Positions 23,874-36,753 of a stretch of 64,000 nt of DNA are shown here, piece after piece. The DNA lies in NCBI RefSeq assembly GCF_018977255.1, contig NW_024704742.1:118732001-118796000 (forward strand), read 5' to 3'. The notes beneath the pieces are model-generated. The model had not been told where the DNA came from. It ran no database searches and worked only from the letters and a program-made list of their open reading frames with translations. Source of the DNA: Callorhinchus milii (taxonomy: Eukaryota). Both the position numbers and the translations under genes were made by a program. Each line of letters opens with the position of its first letter. The first letter of the stretch is position 1.

Positions 23874-24929
23874 GTAGGTCATTGCATATCCACGGCTGAG
23901 ATTTTGCATGTTGAGTTCAATAATTACTACAATGCTAGTCTACTTACCTCTCTTTTCCTTCAATTGGTTCTATAATAGATGGCCATTCCAGCCTAAAATG
24001 GCCCTGAAAAGAGCTGCTCTATATTTCTGGCAGCAAGACAGGTCTTCCCCTTTGCTGGTTGCTAGGGTTCAAATAGTGTTTGAGAAGTTTGTGCTCTTCC
24101 ACCTGATTGACTCTCACCTTCCCATTGGAAGTGTCCAACAATCCTGACATGTCAACAACCTCATCAAAAAAGACAAAAAATGGACATCCCAAAGGGTGTG
24201 GTGGATAAAGCTTCACATTACAGACCAGGAGTTCGCTGGCTTACAGTCCTGGAGATGTGATAAGTTTGCTGGCCTCAGCCGAGGCTTCATGAGAAAGCTA
24301 AATTGGCCCAGCCTTCTCAGGGTTAGGGAAGGGAAAACTAGTCAAGGGTTTCTTATCCCTCTGGTTGTGTGTGTGTGGGGGGGGGTGGGGAGGGGGGGGG
24401 TCACCTGGATGAAGAGAGGTCAGGCTGAGATGTGATACCCTCTACAATCAAGTGGTTTGCCGACACTCACTGTGCACAATTGGCTGCTGCGTTTCGCCCC
24501 ACAAAAAATACATCCACTGCACTTTACAGTATATTCTGTGGAGCGTTTTGAGACGTCTCAATGACGTGATGAGGAAGTAAATCAAATGCAAGGATGATTA
24601 AGGCTGGCAGGTGAACCATGGTTGCTTAAGCAAACAATGACTATAAAAGCGGAGACTAGCAAAAGGATTAGAGAGTTTAGTGCTAATGGGGAGAAAAAAT
24701 TAATTGGACACACTATATACTGTATTTTTAAAAAGGTAATAATACACAGTAACTCAATGTTTATATTACCACTGGAATTCCTACCCAATTATCACAAAAA
24801 CATGTGAAAAACAAACAGGTGGCAAATGAGGAGGAGAGAGTGTGAGTGCATAAACAAATCTGTGTTAATGTGGAAACTGAGATGTTCTTCAATGATTTGA
24901 GTTGTTTTTCTTTCTGTTGATGATCCCAG

Positions 24930-25160
24930 GAGAACTGTACCAAAGAGGCGAAGCTTCTTGAGGAACAGCACGAAGAGGTGATGAAGCTGCTGTTGGCACA
25001 GTACACAGAGATGTCGCAGATCATGGAGGAGGAGAAGAAGGTGAAACTGGAGCATTTGTATGACCAGATGGTTCATTATCGATGCAGCATTGATTCAGCA
25101 AAGGAAGCTGTGGAGAAGACAAAGGAGAGTATTCAGAATGATGACATAACTTTCTTACAG
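24930..25160 (+). CDS. CMYA5: CMYA5 exon 4 (231 nt, coiled-coil ENCTKEAKLLEEQHEE...KLEHLYDQMV...TFLQ)
   Basis: gatcccAG| ... CAG|GTATGT; phase 0-0; typical TRIM ~231-nt exon. Confidence 0.93.
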
Positions 25161-25184
25161 GTATGTTTATACAAAGGTCTATTT

Positions 25185-25700
25185 GCAAACACTCACAACG
25201 AATGTACAGCTCAGAAACAGGCCATTCGGCCCAACCAGTCCATGCTGGTGTCTATATTCCATAAGAGTCTCCACCTATTCCTTACTCCCTTCCATACCCT
25301 TCTCGTCCCCTCTTTCATATAAAGGTGTAGTGTTCTCTTGAATCCACCTACACATTCTGAATCAACCACCACTTCAGAGCAGATACTTCCACAATCTCTA
25401 CGCCCTGCGTGAAGTTGTTCCTCCTAAATTCTAAGATCTAACCTTATCAAACTCTTTTATAATTTTAAACACCTCTATTAGGTCCATTCTTAAACGTCTC
25501 TTCTCAAGCAAAGAAAAGGCCTAAGCACCCAGTTAATCCTAATAGCTGTAACCTGCCAGGCCTGCTATCATCCTTGTAAACCTACACTATTTCCGTTGCT
25601 GCTATATCCTTCTTGTAGTGTGGAGAAGAGAATTGGATACACAATTCTCCGAAGATGATTTTAAGGTTTTGTACAAATTCAACATCACCTCCTCGCTTTT
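25185..25700 (-). mobile_element. CR1 LINE 3' fragment
   Basis: Reverse CR1 tail (acaggccattcggcccaacc) and ORF2-end sequence. Confidence 0.75.
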
Positions 25701-25829
25701 ACATTCTGTAGATAGATACATAATATTATACAGCACTATGATCCAGAGGCTCTATATTTAACCCTTTGAAAACTTTTTTTGATCAAAATTCAAGATTTAT
25801 TATTTTTCTTACAAAAGTACATTACAGTC

Positions 25830-26480
25830 CACAAGAGTCATAATCAGGTCAGGGACATGCTGAGAGGAAGGGATGTCCAGGGAAGTAGGGTTGCAGGACA
25901 TTGGGTAGAGGAAAACCATGGAGGCATTTGGCAGGAGGATGAGTTTCTCAAATTTGGCCCACTGGGGGATGGAGAACCAGTAGAGTGAACGATTGGGGTG
26001 ATGGTCTCGCGGAGCCTGCTGCAATAGAGGACATGGTTTGCAGTTTTTGTAGGGAGAAACTGGGGAGACCGGTGACAAGGCGTTGGAATAATCGAGCTTG
26101 GACATGATGAAGGCATGGATGAGGGTCTAAGCATCCCCAGGAAAAGGTAGCGGTGAACTCTGTGAACTCTGGACATTGGATAGAGGAAAACCATGGAGGC
26201 ATTTGGCAGTGAGGACGAGTTTCTCGAATTTGGCCTACTGGGGGATGGAGAACCAGTAGAGTGAACGATTGGGGTGATGGTCTCGTGGAGCCTGCTGCAA
26301 TAGAGGACATGGTTTGCAGCTTTTGTAGGGAGAAGCTGGGGAGACCGGTGAGCAAGGCGTTGGAATAATCGAGCTTGGACATGATGAAGGCATGGATGAG
26401 GGTCTCAGCATCCCCAGGAAAAGGTAGTGGTGAACTCTGTCTGAAAGTAGATTACATTCGAGCAATTTCCTGCAAGTTAG
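25830..26480 (-). mobile_element. Old L2 fragment carrying a ~275-bp tandem duplication
   Basis: MSKLDYSNALLTGLP peptide occurs twice. Confidence 0.8.
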
Positions 26481-27744
26481 CATGACATACTTCCAGAATC
26501 GTTAACTAAGGAATCTTGTTTGAATTTGACAGGATTTGGACCCCAATTTACACAGGAAGTTAATCTATTAATCAGACCATTTTGAAGCACAGTTAATGAC
26601 CACTAGACCATTTTGTTAATTAATTTGTAACACAGTTGCTTGTTGATCCATTGGATTTCCCTTTTACGAATGTAGTCAGATCATACATAACTCATAAGAG
26701 ATTAATTATAAACCGGTATCTTTGGCATTACTTTCTATATCACTGTATTGCATATGAGCAAAGCAGCTGATGTGTCTTTCTTTGGTCCATCTTGAATTTC
26801 CAAGCTCATCAAATTCAATGCCAGATCTAGGAATTTAACTCTTCCTTATCATCCATCCCAACAACTAGCTTTGCTTAAATACCGTTAATATTCTTGAAGT
26901 TTCTACCCACGTGGATATTTGCATGTGTTAATGTGCACAATGTGGATCAGCAGGCTATTTGACCATTGGGAGCAGCAGAACTGGGCCTGATCCCATCCTC
27001 ATCTAAACTCTCCTCTGACTCATCCTTCAATGCATGCAGGCACTACTTAGCAGAGAGAGACCACTGGAGAGTGATATGGAAAATGGAATTCTGACTAATT
27101 TTGTCTTCCCTCATCTTGAGTGCTAAAGCCATCTGAGACTTCCCCTCTGCTATACTGCCTGGAATCAGCTAACAGCACAGATCTAGGATCAACCCTGATA
27201 TTCTCTATAGTTAAGTATTGCATCGAGGTGTATACTGGGAAACCAAAACAACTAAATATAGACTTGCTGAACTTTTGAGAAACTCAACTTCTAAATTCTT
27301 TGGCTGGGATTTCCGCTTGTCCCTTCATTATTCATTCATTAATCGGTCTAAACAATTTGAAAGGTGTTTGTTTTGAACTCATAGCAAAACAGATTTTATG
27401 AATATAATTGTACCTATTTTCCCCAGAATTTTTGAACCTATTATTAAAAACGCTCTTGAGTAACAGCGTTATTGTAACACAGATTAGTCTAGCATTGAAA
27501 CCAGTTACGTTATGAACATATTCTTCACCTTAATATTCAATGATCACACCTTGAACTTAAATGATCTTTCTAAACGAAAGAAAACCATGTATTAAAAGGG
27601 ACAGTTACCTTGATTGTACCTTCATTTTCTCATGTTTGTTTTGAAGGAAGTAATTTGGAATGCTAAAATGCTATCCTAGAAAGACTTGAAAAACTTCCAG
27701 TAATTTCATATTTTGAAATTGACACAATTATAATTTATGATTTG

Positions 27745-28555
27745 ATACAGCTATGAAGAAAGACTAGGCAGGTAAGAACTTTTTTTCTCAGGAGATGAAG
27801 TGTTTAAGAGGAGGCCTGATATAGAGGTGTTTAAAATGTTGAACGTTTTTGACAAGGTGGACATAAATTGGCTGTTTTCACTTGCTGTGAAATACAGAGG
27901 CCTAAATATAAGATAGTCACCAGCAGATCAAAGAAACCTCCTTAGACTGAGGATGGTGAGAATATCAAACTCACTGCTGAAAGCTGAGACTGCAGCAGAA
28001 AACATCAATTAATATTCATAATAATAATCCTTGCATTTGATATAGAGCCTAATCACGTTGTTGAGATATCTCAAAGCGCTTCACAATATATGTTGTAAAG
28101 TGGATTGATTGTGTTTTGTGAGCAAATCGAGGCAGCCAATTGCACACAGCAATGTCCCACAAACAATCATGGATTGAGTGACAATTTTTTTTGGTGNTTT
28201 TTTTTGGAGGGTTTATTACCCCCAGAAAGCGATCTGCCGATCAACTAACAACCGGGTTCCTACTTACTGCTAGGTAAACAGAGGCATGTTGGAATAAGGA
28301 AACTTGCTCGGAAATCAAACCTGGGTACCCTTGCTTGAGAGGCGAGCTGCTAGCCATTATGCTATGGGACTTCTCAATGTATTTAAAGAGGAAATTTAGT
28401 GCATACGTGAAGGGGAATGAAATAGAGAGCTATAGCATAGGGGATTAAGATGGGTGAAGGGTCATATGGAGTGTAAACACCCAACACGGACTAATTGGAC
28501 CAAATCACCCAATGGCAGCTGTTCAGTCTACATATTATGTAATTCTATGTAATGT
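27745..28555 (+). mobile_element. CR1 LINE 3' fragment interrupted by a SINE
   Basis: agctatgaagaaagactagg...atagaggtgtttaaaat...tail gtaattctatgtaat. Confidence 0.75.
28018..28372 (-). mobile_element. tRNA-derived SINE, long subfamily, nested in a CR1 remnant
   Basis: Reverse complement of the 20311-type element; CR1 3' sequence on both sides. Confidence 0.87.
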
Positions 28556-28923
28556 AAACCTTTTCTTCAATGCCTAGAATGGAGCAAAATATGACATTTC
28601 TCAGCAAATAGCAAACAAGAAGGATCTGCCTATTGGGTTATTTAAAATGTTTTTTTCTCCAACAACTTAATCAAAAGAAAAGTGCAGAAAATGTCATTGC
28701 TTGAACAAAATACTGTTAATTATAAGTTAATTCTCAAAATCTATTTGCGTCACTGCTATGAAGTCTTCTGTGTAAGCATTTTACACCCTCTTGGCAGATT
28801 GGCTCAAAAGCTTACGAAAGTGAAATTCGAGTCTCCTGGAGAAATATTCTTATCAGTTTGCTGTTGACAGCATGAAGATACTTTTCTGTCGTTTAACCTC
28901 TCTTTTCTCCTCCTCATTCTCAG

Positions 28924-28946
28924 TCCTTCAGGACAATCAATGACAG
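28924..28946 (+). CDS. CMYA5: CMYA5 exon 5, 23-nt micro-exon (SFRTIND-)
   Basis: Long pyrimidine tract ending ctcattctcAG|, donor AG|GTATGT; phase 0-2; matches the conserved 23-nt TRIM exon. Confidence 0.88.
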
Positions 28947-31900
28947 GTATGTTCAGCCTGGCTTCTAACTGCACTCGCTTTAATCAAGAATGTTTTCCAT
29001 TTATGAATTTCACAATTAATAGTTTGGCTGGAGCAAGTTATTTAGCAGCCTTGCATTTTCTGATTGATTGTGCCCAGAACATTTTAATCCTCTACTAATC
29101 CTGTCTGGACTATAACAGTCTATGCGTCAACAACAACAATTTGCATTTACAGTGTATAGCGCTTTCCATGTATGAAGAAGGTCTCAAAGTATTATACAAT
29201 GACTGAGCTGGAGCCCATGCTGGAAAGTAGTTATGGAAATAATATCTAATAATAATATTTAATAATAAATAATAATATTAATAATAGTAATGAAAGTAAA
29301 GGAGGAGGATTTGGCCCAAAAGTGTAGTTAAAGAGAGAGGTGTTTAGATGTTTTTTGTAAGAGAGTTCCAGAGGGCGTGAGAAAAGTATCCAAAAGCTCA
29401 CCACCATCACCAACTTGCATTTATAGAGTGCCCTCCACGCAGGGCAGTGTCTCAGAATGCTTAACAGTGGCGGAGCCTGACTCCGAGCTGGGGGGTGGTT
29501 GGAGAGGTGGGGGGGGGGGGGGTCAGAGAGGTAGGGGTGTGCCAGAGAGTGAAGGAATTTGAACATGAGTGTAATGATCAGTGATCCTCACCACTGATGG
29601 GGACAGGAGGCATGAAGTAGGCAGAGATGATGGAGTGAGGGGAGGGGGAGGGGAGGTAGGAGTGCAGAAGATCGCTGAGATAGGTTGTGCAAGGCCATGA
29701 AAACACTTAAAAGTAAAGGTACATAGGACTGAATGTAAATTCAGTTCAACAACATCAAATTGCATTTATATAGCACCTTTCACGTCGGCAGGATGTACCA
29801 ATGTAATATTTACATTTATAACATTAAATAATAAGTTCACAATGTATTATTAAGTGTTATTACATGTTTCAAACTAAGTTTATAATAATCCTTGCATTTT
29901 ATATAGCGCCTTATCATGTCTTTGTGCTTCACAGAATGTACTGTAAAGTGTAGTGACTGTGTATTTTGTGGACGAAATGCGGCAGCCAATTGCTCACAAC
30001 AGTGTCCCACAAACAGTCATGGATTGACCAAATTATTATTTATTTCTGAAAATATGAAAATATATTCAGGCTTACAACCACAAATAACCACTTTTGCAAC
30101 TGTGCCACTTCTGATGCCATTATAGCATTAAGTACGATACATTGAAAGCACATTGAACAAACAACTCCATTCGTGACTTCTGAAACATAGTCAATTGGCA
30201 GACACAAAGGGAACCATTGCTACTGCCAAGCAGGTGTCACTGGTGGATACACAGTAAACCATGTAGCTGGTTTGAGATCAATCATATTTGCAAGTTGGCG
30301 CTGAAGTATATCCCTACACATGTTCTACCTGGTCTTTTGCATTGATTAGAATTGAAAACTTTATTGATGTGTGGCATTTTGGAACAAATAAGAATTGGAT
30401 TTCAATAGTAATTGGCACTAGCCTGATGAATGCCATTTTACTGACTTGGGCCCGATTTAGTAATTCTCAGTTTGGCCTCCAAGCACACTTTTAAAAAAAA
30501 CAAAGCCCAACCTGTCTCCATTGTGTATTTTAGACAGTTCTTAATCAACCATCTTTTCCCAGTGAAGTTGCTATCTGGCCAGTATTTCACTGGTATAGTG
30601 TTTTTTCCTACTAAGCCAGGCAGTTGCACAGTGAAACCAACATGTAGCCTGGACCTGTCCGAGACTGGTAGCTACATAGAATTACGTAACTGTACAGCAT
30701 GCAAACAAGCCATTTGGCCCAAATAGTCTGAGCTGATGTTTATACTCTACATATGCCTCCACCCCTCTTAATCCACTCTTGCTATTCCCCCTCCCTCAAC
30801 ATTCTGTGCTAGGATTATGGAGCCACATGTGGAGTATATGCACCATCACAGACTGGTTGGGCCATTGACCTGTTTCCATGCTGCAGTATCTTTGTAATTC
30901 TATGTCAAAGCCACATGTTTGATTTTGCATTGTTTTTCTGTTTGTGCCTGTGCTAGCTGAAAGTAATATTATGGAAAGTTTTGTTGGCTGATAATTTGAA
31001 ATATTCATTTGGGTTTTATCATTTGATAATCTTTTTGTTACTTGGAGAATTTCATTGCAAACGCTGAAGTGGAAACAAGCAAACGTGTGTACAATATTCT
31101 GGTGGTCAAGTCATACCTGGTAACTACAGATCCATTAACTTGACCTCAGGAGTTGGAAAACTACCAGGATCAATCATCAGAAACAAGATGGAAGAGTACC
31201 TATGTGAAAATAGCCTAATAATAAGTAGCAACCAATTCAGTTCATATGGTTTAGGCTTTCAGGTTAGGAGGCATCCCAAATTGACAGTGGGTAGACAGAC
31301 GATGTTGTGAATCGATTTCCTACCTTAACTGTAGCATCAAAGGCTCAAGAGAGTTTGACAGGATATGCACCTGGGCTGATACATTGTAAATAAAGTTGTA
31401 TACAGATAAATGCAAAGTATTGCTTATAAGAAATAAGAGCAGGAGACACATGGATTTATAAGGAGAAAAATAAAAAGACCAAGAGGTATTAGCCAGGCAC
31501 CTGGAAGTATATCTTTACACAAGGCTAATCAACAGCTAGAATAAAGGTGGTAGAGAGGAGGACACTGCCCCATTTGAACAAGTTTTATGCTATGGAAAGG
31601 CGATGGGTTGACAGAAGGAAGGATGAGGTCAAATGGTTCAAAGGGCATTCTTCATCTGAATCTTATCTTGTAATTAATCGTGATCTTTAGCAATCAATAC
31701 ACAATTGACTCCAATATGTAGTACATCTGCCTTGATTCCACTCTGCGTTCTTTCTCAGTGATTTAGCTCATGTCCTTTGGTCAGTATTATTGTAAGTTTG
31801 CATTTATTGATGTTTATGACACTTGAATATTTTGTTATGTTTAAGGCATTGTGCAATGCTGGCTTTATGTTATCTTTTGAATGTGGAGGTTTAGAACAAT

Positions 31901-33963
31901 ATGTATCTTATTGATACAAAGTATTGAAGTCAAACTTCCTTAATACAAGCTTTTAAGGGTTATTGAAGTAATGTATTTTCATGTAACACATCATTCTGGG
32001 ATTTGAGGGTCTCCCAACTTTATTTCTATACTGCAGTCTTGACTTGACAGGGGTATGCACCTGGGCTGATAAGTTGAATGATTTCTCAACCATTTTTCAA
32101 TGTGCGTGTGTTGGAATAACATCTGGGATATTTTGATGGCATAAGAAAACTCATGTGAATGCCAGAAATTAAATAATAAAACAAAATGCAGCTGTGAAGC
32201 CTGTTCTAAAAATGGTAATATTCTTGCAAATCGTGCCATTGCATCTACTTATACAGTAGATGCCAGTTAATGCTCACTATGTTACTGAGACCATGCCCTT
32301 AAAAAGAGCATTTGTTCATGAGCTAATATATTCCCCACACATTTACAATGGAAACACTGCTGATTTATAGAGGCTAATTTTTGACCACAATGTCTACCTT
32401 TTGAACTTGATTTCTTAGGTACTGCTGCAACTGCAGCTAATTGACATTAAGATTGGCAGTAGGTAGGCACTTTAAACAGGTGCCAATGTTGAGACGTTAT
32501 TGGCATATACTTAATCAAAGGGAGAATACAACATGCTTGCCATATGGAATTGTCTCCCATAAGTAAATTTCTGTTGAGGATTTAACAACTTGTGAGCTGA
32601 AATTTCAATCGGCATTAACAAAGAATCTTTGGTGATATTGACAGCTATTGGGATTTCCCCCATTGTAATCACACGTCGCCAAAAACATAACAAGGGGAAT
32701 TTTTGATCAACAATAAGTTAATTGACTTCATTTTGGGCATGTCACGATAGAATATTTTAATTATTGTTTTCTTAAAATGCGGTTCCATAGCTCTAACCAT
32801 TGTATTATTTTGTTTCAAGCCATTAACTTTTTCAGGAGTACATGGTTTTTGTTTGGCATACGTTAAATATATGAAAGACTGAGCAAGAATGGAATTGCTG
32901 AACCACATGTCTAATGCTTTTGTCACACTCGCAACAATTAAAGATGATTGCTAATCTTCTAAATGGTAAAGCACGGAGTATAAGCACTCTGTGGCAAAGC
33001 AGCTGACATCAGTGATTTTTTTACCCAGGTTATTTTCTCAGCACATCCTCAAAGGTAAAATCGTGTTCAGAGATTGAACACGCAGAGCAGGAGAAATAGG
33101 CAGAGTGCTTTCCCTGGGAGAGAAACACTCTGCTCAGACCTCTCCTTATATCTAGTTCAATACCTATATAGGCAGAGGTCTACACTGCCTGCCTACACTT
33201 TTAATTGGGAAATAATATGATGCATGGAGGCGGTTGAATAGGTGGGCAAGTAACCTAATTTGGGAGATAGGGAAACAAAGTATTGCATTCCAGACTCGGA
33301 TTTCTGATTTTGCATTCCAGTCACACTTGGGGTTTTCTCCTCCAATGTTTCATTAATCTTAATGAATCATCAGTGAGTAGGAGGAAATTACCACATTAGA
33401 TCTATTCCTACACGATTCAAATGTACATTTTTGATGCCCTTGAAAGAGATGCCCATTGAAACATTTCAATGTCCTGAGCAAAGATCACTGGGGAATAGAA
33501 AGCGGCACCTGGGTAGCAGGTGAGCAGATCAGAGAAACACAGTAATGTCACCATAGATGGCGGGTGAAAATATTCTTGGGGGAGAGACTGAGTAAAACTC
33601 AACTAAAGAGTCGATCCGCTTTAAGACAGTGAGCCATTGGCTTTACTGACAGGTCCATTAGTCAATCAGAAGTGAGGACTGGAAGTGGGTGAGCAGAGTT
33701 GGGAGAGGGATATGTGGGTGCCGTGGGTTGGGGCTGCTCTGAGGACTGTCAATGGGCTTTCCCCTCCCAGTTACCCTTAAAGTGGTGAGCTGTAGATAGA
33801 TTTGGGGGCTAAGCCCCCTCTGGCTACCTGCCACCTTTGAGTATCACAAACTTCGCACTTTGTTTCTAAGTTAAGATAAGTGGTAGTTTGAACCATTGAG
33901 ACAGCTAAAGAGTTCAAATTGGAACAATTGGAGTAACTGATCTTTTGCTATCCATTTCCACAG

Positions 33964-34085
33964 CGTGATTTCTGCATTAGAAGTTGCAATTTCTCTGGAT
34001 CCGAAGCCAACCTGGTGCTCATCTTTTGAGGATCTCACAGTCCAGTCTGCAAGACCTGGATATGAGTCACAAAAACAATTATCTG
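33964..34085 (+). CDS. CMYA5: CMYA5 exon 6 (VISALEVAISLDPKPTWCSSFEDLTVQSARPGYESQKQLS-)
   Basis: tccatttccacAG| ... G|GTATGA; phase 2-1 bridges exons 5 and 7; resembles human LLSAMESTASLE...FE...SAR...KQVAV. Not in the ORF track. Confidence 0.88.
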
Positions 34086-35584
34086 GTATGAACATTACCT
34101 TTTAATGATTATTCAGTGACATTGTAATGATATCCATTCCAGTAAGATGGATATAAATAAGGAGGTGAGAAAATAAATTACAATATTGGGCACAGGAACA
34201 AAAGGAAGCATTGGATTGTTCACTGGAAAGCAATACTGCAACTTTACCTCTCACAGGAAACTGCATTCATATATCCATGAACAATAATTTATGAAATGTT
34301 CTTTCTCACACATTATAAGAAATATGCCACAGGATACAATTTTGTGTAAACTAAAAGGATGCCTTTAATTCCTCTAGTACTGTCAGCAATCTGCAGCCAC
34401 GTGTAATTATTTTATTGTGTTTGAGCTTACTGCCTTATTTATCATATTTGCATCACTGCCACTTCCTGGAGCCTGTGTCTGCTCTGCGTGGTTGTACTAA
34501 TGATACCATCTGTTGTCTTCTGAGACCAGATCGCAGTGGGAATAACACTGCCTTCAGTTATGAATGCATAAATTGTCTTACGGAACATCATAGGTAAACG
34601 CTATCCAGTCCATTTGTGAAGAGGCAATATTATGGAATACTGTATTTACTTGTGTTTTTTTACATGTTAAAGTGAATAGCTTCAAGAAAATCAATGTGCT
34701 TTTGTGTTTTTTAAATAAGTAACTTTGCCTTGAACATCAAAATTATTGGCCATTTGTCTAGCATCTGCAGTGGGGGGAAATGCATAAAAACGTTTGCGAT
34801 CAATATTCAGCTGAAGAGCACAGAGGCATCAAGGACAAGTCAGAATGAGCCTTCTGAATAACTAAACTATTGAATGAGGGTTATCCATTCAGTGAGGGTT
34901 TCTTGGGCTTTAAGAAAAAGTTTTATTAAGTTTTTCATGCAAGGATATTATAGCAGATTAAAACTTGTGGAATTAATTTCACATTAGCAAAACAGATTGA
35001 AATGGGAAACCAAAGGTCATGATGATTGGAAAACCTCTGTGTGAGCAATGGGCACTACAGCTTTTTCTTCTAGTTCCTTGGTTGTTTGCAGTATCAGTGA
35101 ATGTCTTGGAGATTAGTTATTGTAATATTATTGAAATTTGAAAATACAAATACCATGTGGGAAAATGACTGCACCCTATCATCATCATCATCATCATAGT
35201 AATAATAATAAATCCTTATTTGATTTATGCCTTTTACGTTGGGAGGAGATCTCAATGTGCTTCAGCAGATATTCTGTAAAGTGTGTTTTGCAGACGAATG
35301 CAGCAGCTAATCTAAAAGGAGGCTTAAACAGCATCCAAGAAGATCTAGACCGATAAGCAGTGGTATAGGGAGTGGTATCTGATACGTAATATAATTAAGA
35401 ATGAGAGCATTTGAAATCATAAAGATGTATATTCAATGCACAATTCTATCTGTGGTATCGGAATCAGTGTCTGACCTGTCACTGTAAAGCACTGTGAGAT
35501 ATTATCTTACGTGAAGGGTGCTGCGCAAAGTTGTTGTTGTTTGTTTGTTGTAGTCACGGATAAGGAAAAGGAATTGGTTTAGAT

Positions 35585-36753
35585 CAGTGTGGGCCCAACA
35601 AGTGGCCTGGCCGGTGATTTTACGCTTCCTGTGACCATTCCAACATCCATTCCCTCCCTCCTTCCCTCCCTGGTGAACATCCTCCCAGGCCGGCGGCAGG
35701 AGCTGGCGGTTGGGAGGACGCAGCATGGAGAGTGGAAATAATACCGGCAAATTGCTGAAGTCTGCCAGGAAGACAAGACAAGCGCATCTCTTACCAACCG
35801 TGTCCTGAGCAACTTAGTCCTGACGCTAGTGATTGTCACATGGCTAATTGTGTGAGAGAGAGAGAGAGACAGAGAGAGGGAGAGAGAGAGATGGGGGAGT
35901 ATGTGTGAGAGAAATAAGAAAGGAGTAGTGAGAAACAGAGACTTTTTGAGAGGGAGAGAGCAGAGAGAGATTGAGAAAGTGGGATAGTGTGAGAGAGAGA
36001 GAGATAGTGTGTGTGAGGAGGAGAGAGTGAATGTGAGGGAGAAGGGGGAGAGGAACAGAGAAAGGGGGAGAGAGAGTACATGTATGAGAGAGTTAAGGAA
36101 GGAGGAGTGAGAGAGAGATACTGTGAGATAGGGATGGAGATAGCAGAGAGAGTGTGAGGGAGAAGGGGAGAGAAACAGAGAAAGGGGGAGATTGAGAGAG
36201 GGTGATTGATTGAGAGAGAGTTTGAGAGGGGGTAGAGAGAATGTGAGAGAGAAGGGGAGTGAGAGAGAGTAATTGAAGGAAGGTATGAGAGGAGGCAAGG
36301 GGGGGTAAGAGTGGTTGAGAGGGGGGAGATGGAGTGCGAGAGGGAAGAGATAGTGTGAGAAGTGGAGTGAGAGAGTAATTGAGAGAGAGTGTGTATGCAA
36401 GAGAGAGGAGTGTCCCCCTCCCCCTCTCTGTCCCCCTCCTCCCCCTCTATCTCCACTATCTGTCCCCGTTCTCTCCAACTCCACTCTCTCCACCTCCCCT
36501 CTCTCAATCTCTCTCTCTCAATCAGCCACTGGTTACTATCTCCAGTGATAGGACTAAGTTGCTAAGGATGTGCAGTTGATTAGAGATGCTCTGGCCTTCC
36601 TGACAGACTGCACTAATGGACAGTATTATTTTCCCTCTTCCCACTGCATCCTCCCAACCAACAGCTCCTGGAATGTTGGAAATGGTCTTGGGCTGGATAA
36701 AATCACCGGTTTGGGCCGGATGTGGCCCATGGGCCGCCAGCTGGCTCACGCTG
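35585..36753. mobile_element. Non-autonomous foldback / hAT-like element with ~220-250-bp inverted arms and a GA-rich core
   Basis: 35585-35838 aligns with the reverse complement of 36532-36753 (e.g. agcaacttagtcct / aggactaagttgct). Confidence 0.75.
35850..36520. repeat. Low-complexity GA-rich tract (35850-36410) followed by a CT-rich tract (36414-36520)
   Basis: Direct reading; explains the 304-aa and 223-aa Ser/Leu ORFs. Confidence 0.95.

Noticed and set aside
28197..28197. Ambiguous base n
   Set aside because: Assembly uncertainty in a poly-T run within a SINE; no biological meaning.
31030..31119. Alternative candidate for exon 6 (ends ATACCTG|GTAACT)
   Set aside because: In-frame TGA at 31065, weak acceptor, CR1-like surroundings; 33964-34085 fits phase and homology.
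33549..33565. Second CTCF-like motif CACCATAGATGGCGG
   Set aside because: The 5' half fits the core poorly.
35579..36507. 304-aa and 223-aa Ser/Leu/His-rich ORFs
   Set aside because: Translations of the GA low-complexity tract.
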